56,001 nt of DNA from a virus (lineage: Duplodnaviria; Caudoviricetes). Position numbers and translations under genes: made by a program. Shown piece by piece: positions 37,401 through 46,694 of this stretch. The stretch spans positions 1-56,001 of the IMG/VR virus record IMGVR_UViG_3300043413_000021, one strand, 5' to 3'. The number at the start of each line of letters is the position of its first letter. The first letter of the stretch is position 1. The notes below the pieces were generated by a model, which did not search any database, was not told the origin of the DNA, and saw nothing but the letters and a program-made list of their open reading frames with translations.

Positions 37401-40400
37401 AAAAAGATTCGGCAAAACAGCCATTGAATCTAAGAGCGAAGCAAGTAACCCTGCATTAAGTGGATGGGCAAAAGAACAAGCCGATATTGAAGCAGATACT
37501 AAATTAACACCCGAACAAAAAGAAAAAGCTAAGATTGAAAGTACAGCTAAAGCGTTGGAGGAGGAGGATGCAACATTTACAGCAGACTTGACAGACAGCG
37601 ATTTAGATATAAATAGTAAAAAACAATATGCCCAAAAACAGATAAAAGTTAATAACATAGAAAGTAATGGGGCTTACGCACTAATAGAAAGGGCTATTGA
37701 AAAGGTAGAAGGGTTGAGCGTAAATAATATATTTGATTTGGCTAAAAGAATAGCAAAACTTGACCGAAAACCAATACTTATAGAACATATAGCAGAAGCA
37801 ATTCAGTATGAATATGGTAGGGTAGAAAACGAAAAAGACACTTTTAACCTGTCAATAGATGACGCTAAGGATGTTTTGTTAAATTGGAGTAAGGATGCTG
37901 AACCTGCCAATAAAACAAGGATGGATGAGATTGGAATTGTTGGTAAAACATATAGGGGTAGAATAAATAAATTAAAAACGGCTAAAAACCAATATGAAAA
38001 GCTAAATGAACAAGGGAAAGCGTTGATTAAAAGTTTTTTAAACAAGTACAATGACACAATAGTTGAAGATGCTAAATTAATTACAGACGAGTATTTACAA
38101 ATATTATTAGATATAACCAACACGAGTGAGTTAGCAGATGTTGCTGAAAATATCCGAAAATCAGTTCAAAAAATAGAAGATAAAGAAGCAATACAATTAA
38201 GCAAATTGCCGCCTGTCAAAGAACCATTAAAAAACACAGAGAATACAGAACAGGCTTTAAAAAGATTTAGTAGTCAGCAATTATCAGAATTGCCATTGTT
38301 CAATAGAAGAAGTATTGAAAAGATGGTTAGTGAACAGTTAAAAAAATCAAAAGAAGTGTTTGTATATACACCTTTTGCAGAATTTTATGGTTTACCAAGT
38401 AAAGTTAAAAAAGTCAGATTAGATAATAATGGAAATGTTGATTTATTGGACAAAAACGATAAAAATGTTAGTGGCAAAAAATTAACTAAAGATGAATTTA
38501 TTGATATTGCACAACAAATAGGGAATAGTCAAACAAGAAAAGACGCATATACTATTTCCGAAGCCTACCATAAAGCCAAATTAGATGGTAGCAATCCCGA
38601 ATTAGTAGCAGCAGTAGAAGAACTTATAGGAACTAAACAAGAAACAAAAACCATAGAGCAACAAGTACAAGAATTTGGTGTAAGCAAAGAAATGGCAAAG
38701 CCTGTAACTACAATGCTTGAAAAAGTGTTTGAGGGGCTTAAAAAATCTGGGCTTGTGGTTCAAGAAACATTACAAGATTGGGTAGGGGTTGGGAAAGGAA
38801 AAGTTGATAGAAAGGCTTTAAAGCAAATCATAGGCGAAGTAGGAGCAGAAAACCTACCAAAAGTAAAAGCCAATTTACAAGTAGCAAGGGATATGGAAAA
38901 GGCAGGTAAAACGCCTAAAGAAATATGGTTAGCTACTGGTTGGGAAAGAACAAAAGATAAAGGAAAGTGGAAGTATGATTTGCCTGATTTTGAGTTTAAA
39001 AAAGGAAGCCTTGATGAAGTAACAAAAAATCAAGAACTTGCTAATAGTAATGTAGTTTTTGATTTGGTTACTTATCAAAGAAATCCCAATGGAACATACA
39101 ATCTTAATTTAAAGAAAAAAGGCGCAACAAAAACAAGTGAAATTGCTGAATATAAGAACGTACAAGAAAGTGAATTATCTACTATAATAGATAATGCTTC
39201 TGTTGTTGAAAATATTAAAGATGGAGTTGGCAATGAAAGCGTTATGGGTGCAGACCTATCTGATGCTAAAGAAATAAAAGGGGAGTTTGAAACATTTGTA
39301 AGTGGTGGAGAGAAATTATCAAGAGTAATAAATGCTCCCGAATTATTTAAGGCGTACCCAAAATTAAAAGATGTAGTTGTTGTAGTAGATAAAAACCAGA
39401 ATAGTGAAGGTTCGTACTCTGTTAGAGATGGTCAAATAGTAATAACCCTTAAATCAAATGTTCCAATAAGGGCAAAATCTACTCTCATCCACGAAATCCA
39501 ACACGCCATACAGGATATTGAGGGGTTTGCGAGGGGGGGGAATACGGAAATGTTTAGCGATAAAACTTTTGATAAAAACGCAGACCTTAAAAAAGCACTT
39601 ATAGAAGCTTCATCACACATATTTGAGCAACTACCAAAAGAATTACAAAATGAAGCACGGAAAATAAATAGAGGGGAAGATTTAGACGGAAGTGCATTAA
39701 AGAAAATTCAAGAAAACAAAAAGGCAAAAGTAGTTTGGGCTGATTATGTAAACGCAAGAAAGCAAATAGAAGAAGTATCTGCAAGACCAGAGGATAAGGT
39801 TACAAAAACTGCACACCAACAATACAAAGACCTTGCAGGCGAAGTAGAAGCCCGCAACGCACAGAAACGTGCTGAAATGACCCCTGAACAAAGGGCAGAA
39901 CAAATGCTATCCGAAACAGAAGATGTTGCAGAGGATAGTAAGATTTACATTTATGGTGCTAATGAGGTGCAGCAAAGCATAGAACAAACAGGAATTGAAC
40001 AAGAACTTGCTGACATAAAAGTAAAAGCACAGGCAGACGGAATATTTATGAAAGCCCCGAATGGCAAGCCAACAAACCTAAATGAAAGGCAATGGCTTCA
40101 TGTGAGGACAAAGAATTTCAAAGATTGGTTTGGTGATTGGGAAAACGACCCGAAAAACGCTTCAAAAGTTGTAGATAGCAATGGAGAGCCGTTAGTTGTG
40201 TATCATGGGACAAGGGCTGAGGAAATGTTTACTACATTTGAAAATAGAGAGGGAAATAGACAAAGCGATGCACCAGACGGAACAGCATTTTTTTCAGACA
40301 ATAAAAGTGTAGCAAAAACATATACTAAATACAATAAAATATATGAGGTATTTCTAAACATTAAAGATGCTAACGAATTTGATTTTAATGGTGCGGACTG

Positions 40401-41604
40401 GCAAGGTGATATGTACGATAAATATGAGGGCGATTTTGAGAACGAATATGGAGATTATGAATTTATAACAAAAGAAAATGGAAGCCAATATTTTGATAGT
40501 GAAGAAGAACTATTAAATAGAGCAAATGAATTAGGTGTATCTGAAAACAATGTTAATATTCGTGCTAACCCATTTATAGGATATAGTACAAATAGTTTTG
40601 TAAGGGAGGCAATAAGATATAATATGGATGGGGCGATAATTCACAATGTTGTTGATAGTGGCAGTAATTATGGATATGAAGGAGAAAGCACGATATATGC
40701 TACAACAAACCCCAACCAAATAAAATCAGCCACAGACAACACAGGCGAATACTCAAAAGAAACAGGGAATATACTTTATCAAAAAGCTAACGCTCAATAC
40801 CGAATAGAAAGCGGCAAAAACTTAGTAGAGGCAATTAAAGACTTTGATGGGAGTAATGAAGCCGTTATAGCGATTACCCATGAGATAATGCACCCAACCG
40901 TAGTATCAATATTCGATGGCGCAGCACAAGGGAACGAAGTAGGTAAAAAGCACACTAAAACTATTGTAGATGAATACAACAAGGCTAACCCTGATAGTAA
41001 GGTAACGGAGGAACAAATGCTTGCTGATAATGAGAAGTTTAAGCAAGGTGAAACAACAAAGGCTTATAGAGCTGTACAGGAATTTATTGCAGAAAGTTGG
41101 GAGCAATACCATACAGAAGGCGGCAAAGGGTTTAGCAAAGCGTTTCAAGAGGTATTAGACCAAATAACACAAGCATTTAAGGATATTTATGGTGCATTAA
41201 CAGGAAAACAACTTTCCCCTGAATTAAGAAAAATGTTTGATAGCATATTAGGGGAAAAAGATGAAGCCTACCACAAAGATTTAAAAGAAGTAGAAGAACT
41301 GATTGGTACTAAACAAGAAACAACTACTGAAAACAAACCAGAAGTAAGCAATGAAGTCAAAGAAAACAATAAAAAAGTAGACGTAAAAAATAGGGAATCA
41401 GTAGATAAAAAAATAAAAGAACTAGAATCGGAAAGAGATGATAAAATTAAAAAAGAAACAAAGCCAAGCGATTTGGTTGAATTATCTGAATCTGACTTCG
41501 ATAATGCAAATGCCACTATAATGGCAAAACAAGGGGAGAAGGCTATTAGAATACATGAAAGAAATAAAAAATTAAAGGAACTAATAGATTGTATATGGAC
41601 TTAA
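34456..41604 (+). CDS. Giant polyvalent virion/ejected protein (LPD23-like, zincin metallopeptidase-like and ADP-ribosyltransferase-like domains)
   Basis: TGWER..GKWKYDLPD, HEIQHAIQDIEGFARGG, LAGEVEARN, APNGKPTNL..FKDWFGDW..GEPLVVYHGT..NQIKSA, and a second HEIMH...EFIAE. Confidence 0.75.
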   Translation: MPQNDIYNFLKENNLTQKDEKSFLEEYSNPEKAKELFGFFQSNELTKKDFNSFYDTYLKKKEPSISSSGKLPLLQETNPLQQGDYITSGKIITDASKSITNASKSVQPKQKSNQFLEIGETVTPKTPVNKAGFPIGIKPKRDDTENEERGWILNTISALDKGFYKNFVGSPIKGLGTLLQQGTKKIIGGTGEGFISDALIKFGDSFNNAIDELTPQDERFKNSLSDQFAQAFGQVGSMVVTSGIGGAASKGASAASQLAPKAFGTTTALKEIGSNLLNPSAVSAGLVMGQSEFDKAKKIGATDDQAFEAFYKNAVVGSVLEKIPVMQFMKRFNKYTGGGVVNYIKTKGVEGIKGGLEEMTTEVLQQLYANKTAKDIYNVNQSLYEGLTENGGIGFGVGFLLNAMGAKAKLLKQEGKNSEAKLIENQTKEFEQKAEAKPSSTNNTVSTKIAVLGKKSGGEASLSSLQKDFQNGIIDENQYNEGVKFIEKATLINDTIPQDLTGENRAIAIELIDERQRLEEELTIREEQKKQIDVAFHKPLDEANKELAKRIKEINFELGKLADGESTTASTNPALSDVESKKQKQLEIINKEKPAPNDYSTWIRNIDDIKTADEAFANAKEDGAMYPDFSEKDMQNALDSGEVTVYSSYPIKNGVFVSPSKMNAQEYAGGKGGKLYSQKVKVEDIAWIDEGEGQYAKVSAGTTTDATPTTAVSKPTISKTETVEAPTSPALSDVERTENNFANENESYRIIVGDDAFNDIVESGVVRTNADTKAKKEGGIDLGNRPTAYPSFSKGKASMSYAKENANHYIIVTEDASIQPSKSGRHGKGTTMFPTDENGNHLKELSGEKVKVYKHLGNGKYELVYENGKLVGKPESKPTNPALSDVEIKIPEDGGGNWRQKFNEEKDPFVKSQILRAIAETNTSDKAFSDILDAVEGMPEESQIAWAIANNPNSSKKVFERAVSNKELLNNTTEENINSLREKRFGKTAIESKSEASNPALSGWAKEQADIEADTKLTPEQKEKAKIESTAKALEEEDATFTADLTDSDLDINSKKQYAQKQIKVNNIESNGAYALIERAIEKVEGLSVNNIFDLAKRIAKLDRKPILIEHIAEAIQYEYGRVENEKDTFNLSIDDAKDVLLNWSKDAEPANKTRMDEIGIVGKTYRGRINKLKTAKNQYEKLNEQGKALIKSFLNKYNDTIVEDAKLITDEYLQILLDITNTSELADVAENIRKSVQKIEDKEAIQLSKLPPVKEPLKNTENTEQALKRFSSQQLSELPLFNRRSIEKMVSEQLKKSKEVFVYTPFAEFYGLPSKVKKVRLDNNGNVDLLDKNDKNVSGKKLTKDEFIDIAQQIGNSQTRKDAYTISEAYHKAKLDGSNPELVAAVEELIGTKQETKTIEQQVQEFGVSKEMAKPVTTMLEKVFEGLKKSGLVVQETLQDWVGVGKGKVDRKALKQIIGEVGAENLPKVKANLQVARDMEKAGKTPKEIWLATGWERTKDKGKWKYDLPDFEFKKGSLDEVTKNQELANSNVVFDLVTYQRNPNGTYNLNLKKKGATKTSEIAEYKNVQESELSTIIDNASVVENIKDGVGNESVMGADLSDAKEIKGEFETFVSGGEKLSRVINAPELFKAYPKLKDVVVVVDKNQNSEGSYSVRDGQIVITLKSNVPIRAKSTLIHEIQHAIQDIEGFARGGNTEMFSDKTFDKNADLKKALIEASSHIFEQLPKELQNEARKINRGEDLDGSALKKIQENKKAKVVWADYVNARKQIEEVSARPEDKVTKTAHQQYKDLAGEVEARNAQKRAEMTPEQRAEQMLSETEDVAEDSKIYIYGANEVQQSIEQTGIEQELADIKVKAQADGIFMKAPNGKPTNLNERQWLHVRTKNFKDWFGDWENDPKNASKVVDSNGEPLVVYHGTRAEEMFTTFENREGNRQSDAPDGTAFFSDNKSVAKTYTKYNKIYEVFLNIKDANEFDFNGADWQGDMYDKYEGDFENEYGDYEFITKENGSQYFDSEEELLNRANELGVSENNVNIRANPFIGYSTNSFVREAIRYNMDGAIIHNVVDSGSNYGYEGESTIYATTNPNQIKSATDNTGEYSKETGNILYQKANAQYRIESGKNLVEAIKDFDGSNEAVIAITHEIMHPTVVSIFDGAAQGNEVGKKHTKTIVDEYNKANPDSKVTEEQMLADNEKFKQGETTKAYRAVQEFIAESWEQYHTEGGKGFSKAFQEVLDQITQAFKDIYGALTGKQLSPELRKMFDSILGEKDEAYHKDLKEVEELIGTKQETTTENKPEVSNEVKENNKKVDVKNRESVDKKIKELESERDDKIKKETKPSDLVELSESDFDNANATIMAKQGEKAIRIHERNKKLKELIDCIWT
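36164..37462 (+). repeat. Four in-frame copies of a DNA repeat encoding (T)NPALSDVE
   Basis: ccaccaaccctgcattaagtgatgtgga at 36164 and 37088 (28/28 identical), a variant at 36632 and a partial copy at 37447. Confidence 0.9.
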
Positions 41605-41972
41605 CAGAAAAGATAAAAATAAAAAGGCATGAAGAACTACTTAGTGCTTTAAATAATATATCTAAAAAAATATCATTGCCATCTGAAAAACAAGATGCAG
41701 CTAATTATAGTTTTTTTGAAGAAAATAAGGAAGCTATAAATAAATTAGTAAGTGCAATAGAATCAATAAAAATACCATCCCCTCAAAATAATGAATCAAC
41801 AAAAGAAATTATTAAGTCTATATCAGATATTTCAACTATTTTAGTAGGGTTCAATAAAAGGTTGGAACAGATAGAAAAACTATCAAAAAAGCCTATCCCT
41901 ACCAAATTTAAAGCAGTTAGGGGGAGGTACTCTGGTGAAATAGAATACGTTACAATTGAATATTCAAAGTAA
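41589..41972 (+). CDS. Hypothetical protein
   Basis: ORF track; overlaps the end of the giant gene. Confidence 0.55.
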   Translation: MYMDLTEKIKIKRHEELLSALNNISKKISLPSEKQDAANYSFFEENKEAINKLVSAIESIKIPSPQNNESTKEIIKSISDISTILVGFNKRLEQIEKLSKKPIPTKFKAVRGRYSGEIEYVTIEYSK

Positions 41973-44543
41973 ATGTCTGCATACACTTTATCCGCAAATA
42001 CAAATATAGATGCTTTAAGCCCTGCCCGCACAGGTGGTGATACCGTTGATACCAACGGGTTCAACTTCACCATAGACCAAGATACAAGGGGGGCTTTAGG
42101 TGGCGGTGCGGGCTTTAGTTTTGGTAACATGACCATTAACGCTACTAAGGGCGGTAATATAAATATTGATGCTACTGGTGTAAGGTGGATAGCATACACA
42201 GCGGGTTCGGGTAACGTGCCTGCATGGGGTACAACGATTACTAACGGAACAGGTTCTGGGAAGTTAATAGGCGTATTCGCATCGTTAACAGTAGCATCTA
42301 CAGCAACGGGAGCTGCTATGCCAGCGACAGGATTTATTAAGGTAAAGCAAGCAACGGGGGCATATACTTCGGGGGCATTGACAGGTATTACAGCCACGTC
42401 TAGCGGTGCGGATGTAGCAGGGTGGATTGAAGTGGTGGGTGATGAGGCGGGAACGATTAACGCTAATAGACTAGGTGCTGTGAATATTACGGGTGCATGG
42501 TTTCAGATAGGCACGACAAATGGAACGGCTAACCAAACGATGCAAGTTCCTAACAACGGAACATTAAGATATGTGGCGGGTGTATTCATAGAGAAAACGG
42601 TAGGTAGTAATGACTACGAATTTTACCCTAACAATGGCGTTAATACGACCACAGGAACGGAGGCGCAACGGGGTAAGGTAATATGGGCTGACAATACGGG
42701 ATTGGTAAGAATAGGTAATAGTGGAGCAGCTACAAATGGGTATACCCCAATAACGGGGTTGAAGGTAGTAGTACCCAATATATTCCTAGAGAACTGTACC
42801 ACAGCGGCAAGGACAGCGAATGTAATACCCAATGCAACGGTGGCTACAAGGTATGACTTTACAAGTACTGGAGGCGGGGTTATAAACATAGACAAGGCTA
42901 ATATAGCTTGGTATCCTTCATTCAGCCAGCCCTATTCGGTGAGTGTAACGAATAGCGGTATTATTGATGCACTGTTAATTTCAGAGTGCGCTTCCCCAGT
43001 AGTATTAAACAAAGTAGGTGTGGGTAATAAACCAACCACAGCGTTAGTAGTAGCACCATTATCTTTGACATTATGTTTTGCGGGCGGTACTATTTCAAAT
43101 TGTGTATTTAATAGGGTTGCAACGGCTGCTAATAGTAGCACGTCTGTTATACTTACCGATTTAGATGGATTTACGTTCAGTAATAATATATACTTATACG
43201 GCGCATTGCGGGCGCATACCTTACCCACAACGATTACAGCTACTAGGGTTAATAACACTACATTCAATACGGATACTATTATAGACGGTCAAATATCTTT
43301 AGTTACGTGTACTAACTTAACCATGAACAATACCGCTTACATTGGCGGGATATCGGGAACAACGGGAACGACAAACCCTTGTACGGCTATTAACTTATCA
43401 TCCAACTGTTTGAACGTTAAAGTAGATGGATTAACACTGCCTGTTACCAACAACCACCCATACACTGGTGTTATATCAATAGCAGCAGCAGGATGTACTA
43501 ACATAAAAGTTAGGAATATAGGCACAAGGGTAGCACCACTAAACTTGGGTTCTGCAAATGCTTCTGGGTACTTTATTGCCCTAGCCACAGGTGCAGCGGC
43601 TAACGATGTGAGGGTACAGCGTGTGTATGTATCCAATACACGTACAAACTTCATGACAGCGGATAACTCCTCTACTAAGATTACGATGGATAACTTTGCG
43701 GGCGACTATGCAGATGCGGCAGACGTAAGCGCAGGGCTTAACATGGTACAACGTGCATACGGAGGCACTAAGGCACTAACAGCCCAAACGTCTGTATATG
43801 GCACTCACTTTGTAGATTTTTTCACTTCGACAACAGTAGGAAGATTATCTATATTAATGAATGAACCAACAACGCTAACAGCTTCGCAAGTAAGCCTTAG
43901 CGGTGGTGCAGCGTTCACAAGTGCGGGCGGTCTGTATATGCCTACTATTGGGCAGAGTGCGACATTTGAAATGCCCGCCTACATGATTTGCCACTTAAGC
44001 TTTCAGAACTCCGCATTAATAATGGCTGGAGGAACGGCAACAAACTATAATTATAACTTTAGCATAGACAAAAACGATGGTGCAGGATGGTCTACATTAA
44101 CTACCAATAATTATACAGCCACTACACTAGCCACTGCATTAAGTGCACTAACAGGATTGAGTGAGGTGAATGGTTTCAGACTTAGGCTAAAAATAACCAC
44201 GACAGTAACTAATACAACCGCTATTACATCGGTGTATATGTTGACGAATACAAGCGCAACGGCACAAGATAACCAGTATCCATTGGATACAATTACCTTA
44301 AGCCTTAGTGGATTGCAAACTGGAAGTGATGTAGTAATTTTACAGGCAGGCACTGAAACGGTGCGGGCGCAAGCGGATAGTGTGAGTAGCTTTAGTTACA
44401 CATATTCAAGTATAGAGAGTGTGGATATTGGTGTATTTAAGATTGGATATGTACCTTTCTATATTCGCAACTATTCGTTAACGGCAAATAACACATCGTT
44501 ACCAGTAGCACAAATTATTGACAGAAATTATTTAAACCCTTAA
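41973..44543 (+). CDS. Beta-helix/fibre-like structural protein
   Basis: 856 aa, T/G/A/N-rich, repetitive beta-strand pattern. Confidence 0.55.
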   Translation: MSAYTLSANTNIDALSPARTGGDTVDTNGFNFTIDQDTRGALGGGAGFSFGNMTINATKGGNINIDATGVRWIAYTAGSGNVPAWGTTITNGTGSGKLIGVFASLTVASTATGAAMPATGFIKVKQATGAYTSGALTGITATSSGADVAGWIEVVGDEAGTINANRLGAVNITGAWFQIGTTNGTANQTMQVPNNGTLRYVAGVFIEKTVGSNDYEFYPNNGVNTTTGTEAQRGKVIWADNTGLVRIGNSGAATNGYTPITGLKVVVPNIFLENCTTAARTANVIPNATVATRYDFTSTGGGVINIDKANIAWYPSFSQPYSVSVTNSGIIDALLISECASPVVLNKVGVGNKPTTALVVAPLSLTLCFAGGTISNCVFNRVATAANSSTSVILTDLDGFTFSNNIYLYGALRAHTLPTTITATRVNNTTFNTDTIIDGQISLVTCTNLTMNNTAYIGGISGTTGTTNPCTAINLSSNCLNVKVDGLTLPVTNNHPYTGVISIAAAGCTNIKVRNIGTRVAPLNLGSANASGYFIALATGAAANDVRVQRVYVSNTRTNFMTADNSSTKITMDNFAGDYADAADVSAGLNMVQRAYGGTKALTAQTSVYGTHFVDFFTSTTVGRLSILMNEPTTLTASQVSLSGGAAFTSAGGLYMPTIGQSATFEMPAYMICHLSFQNSALIMAGGTATNYNYNFSIDKNDGAGWSTLTTNNYTATTLATALSALTGLSEVNGFRLRLKITTTVTNTTAITSVYMLTNTSATAQDNQYPLDTITLSLSGLQTGSDVVILQAGTETVRAQADSVSSFSYTYSSIESVDIGVFKIGYVPFYIRNYSLTANNTSLPVAQIIDRNYLNP

Positions 44544-44546
44544 TAA

Positions 44547-45905
44547 ATGGCTAAGATAACAGACCCCGATTTATTAGTAGTAGGTACTGAACTTACTATT
44601 GATACAACAAATAAAACATTTACATTAAATAGTGCGGGCAATATGACCCCCAAAGACGGTGTAACATTGCAAGCACTGTACTCTAAGATGGTGGAGTTAT
44701 GGACAACATCCACGTATAATAAATACCCATTCCCAATTTATACCATAGACGCACGTTCTGGGCAATTCCAGATAGGAACGGATGGTAGTCTTTATAACGG
44801 ATGGAAGCCCGCTAATGATGCTACAAGACAAATGATTCGTGATGCTGGATGGAGTGAATATTCGGTAGCGGGAGTACTAAATAGACAGTACGTTGGTATT
44901 GTAGCACTAGCATCGGGATTCCCTAACGGCTCACAGTTTTATTATCAAAAGGCTTCTGGGGGTGCGGCTACATCATTCACTTATACAGATTCTCCCAATG
45001 AGGGCATTCAAGTATTTGGGGATGCATCAAACGGTAATTTCGATAACAGAACGTATTTTAAAATGTTTTGTCGTGAGGCGAATTATACCTATGACGATGC
45101 AGTTCTTAGCGATGTCGGTGAAACGGCAACAGGTGCATTTAAAGTATCGTTACCTATTGCGGTTAGTTCTGATTTAAAGATTCAGGCTAACGATGCAACA
45201 GTAGCAGCTAATACACCATATATGGGCATTACGGTGGAATATTTTGGCACAAACCAAAACAGAACGATTGGCGGTACTGCATACCCATTCAGGATTATCA
45301 TTAACGGTAATAACGCAACGGCAGAGCAGATTTATACTAAGGTTCAGTACTTACTAAGACAGGCGGGAGATATAGACAACGGTGCGGGTACGGTTGCGGG
45401 CAAAACGGCTAACTCATTACTATACTTCGTTGGTGATACGCTATACACAACTCAAGGCGTGTATATTGATAATTACCAAGCCAATGATATTAACAGATTG
45501 GTATTTACAGACCAGAACAGTGTGCAACGTACAGAGCCATATACAGCCACTGGCTCACTTGTATTTAACACTCCACTACAAGGTGCGGGCGGTTATTACA
45601 GGATGTACTTCACAGCACTACCAAGTGCGGGTGATGACTATGGTGAGGCGGGTGCGGTAACGGTGAACAATGCAGCAGCGGCATCTATATCGGGGGCGAT
45701 AAGTGCGGGTAGTATTCCGTTCACATTCGCCTATGACAGTAATGTACAGGGCGGTAGAACAGCGGCGACAGATGCAGCGGTTACGATTGTAGCGGGTAGA
45801 CCAGGCAGTGCCAAACCAGTGGTAGCAACATTCACTATAACAAGGTCTACAGGACAGTTAATATCATTAGTAGCGGAACAAGATAGGGCGTATGTAAATC
45901 CATAA
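44547..45905 (+). CDS. Structural protein (putative appendage component)
   Basis: 452 aa, T/G/A-rich. The N-terminal T.NKTFTL...TLQALYSKMVELW resembles the start of the next gene. Confidence 0.55.
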   Translation: MAKITDPDLLVVGTELTIDTTNKTFTLNSAGNMTPKDGVTLQALYSKMVELWTTSTYNKYPFPIYTIDARSGQFQIGTDGSLYNGWKPANDATRQMIRDAGWSEYSVAGVLNRQYVGIVALASGFPNGSQFYYQKASGGAATSFTYTDSPNEGIQVFGDASNGNFDNRTYFKMFCREANYTYDDAVLSDVGETATGAFKVSLPIAVSSDLKIQANDATVAANTPYMGITVEYFGTNQNRTIGGTAYPFRIIINGNNATAEQIYTKVQYLLRQAGDIDNGAGTVAGKTANSLLYFVGDTLYTTQGVYIDNYQANDINRLVFTDQNSVQRTEPYTATGSLVFNTPLQGAGGYYRMYFTALPSAGDDYGEAGAVTVNNAAAASISGAISAGSIPFTFAYDSNVQGGRTAATDAAVTIVAGRPGSAKPVVATFTITRSTGQLISLVAEQDRAYVNP

Positions 45906-45907
45906 TT

Positions 45908-46450
45908 ATGGGGTATAGTATTAGCGGAATAAATAAAATCATCTCACTAACAAGTGGTACTACACAAGTGTCGGTAAGAGATTTGTGGAGTAGATGGTAT
46001 GAATGGTATTTAACAAATGATAATTCTAAATACCCTATTGCATTCACGCAGGTAGGTGGTGATAGCATTGATGCAACAACGGCTATACCTATTTACATAT
46101 TCTTACAGAACGGTTGGAAAATCAAACCGCAGGAGGCTAATCATACACTAAGAGTATTTGACGGTATATTGGTAGTGGATGGAGGTGGCGACCCATTCGT
46201 AAACACAATAGGTTCGTATGTTGTAAGAATAAATTATTCACAGCCAGTACAGGCTATTACGGTGAGTAGTGGAGGTTCGGGAGGTGGATTAACATTAGAG
46301 CAGGATACTAAGCTAGACGAATTACATAAATTACAAGGTTTAGACCCTAATAATCCAATGACTGTAACGCAAAATGAAAGAACGGTTGGGGGTATTACCT
46401 TAGAAATAACAGGGGATGGGGATACTGAAACCATAGTAACAAGGATTTAA
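45908..46450 (+). CDS. Structural protein (putative), N-terminus similar to the 452-aa gene
   Basis: NKIISL...SVRDLWSRWYEW...KYPIAF...NGWK parallels the 452-aa protein. Confidence 0.5.
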   Translation: MGYSISGINKIISLTSGTTQVSVRDLWSRWYEWYLTNDNSKYPIAFTQVGGDSIDATTAIPIYIFLQNGWKIKPQEANHTLRVFDGILVVDGGGDPFVNTIGSYVVRINYSQPVQAITVSSGGSGGGLTLEQDTKLDELHKLQGLDPNNPMTVTQNERTVGGITLEITGDGDTETIVTRI

Positions 46451-46692
46451 TGCAGAATACATTAAATATAGCAACAGACGGGTATTTGTTTAAAAGGAAT
46501 AAAAAAAATACGCTATCAATAGCTTCAAATGGGTATATATATTTTTTATATTTGGGTAACATAATGGGTGGGGGTAAGCTAATAAACGATGAAGATTATA
46601 GAAAAGAGTATTACAAAAATGTAAGCGATAAAAATAAAAGGGTAGAAAATGAATGGCTTTTATTTATGAAAATATACACTGAAATATATTAG
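46450..46692 (+). CDS. Hypothetical protein with a duplicated NTL.IA..GY motif
   Basis: NTLNIATDGY and NTLSIASNGY. Confidence 0.45.
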   Translation: MQNTLNIATDGYLFKRNKKNTLSIASNGYIYFLYLGNIMGGGKLINDEDYRKEYYKNVSDKNKRVENEWLLFMKIYTEIY

Positions 46693-46694
46693 AA

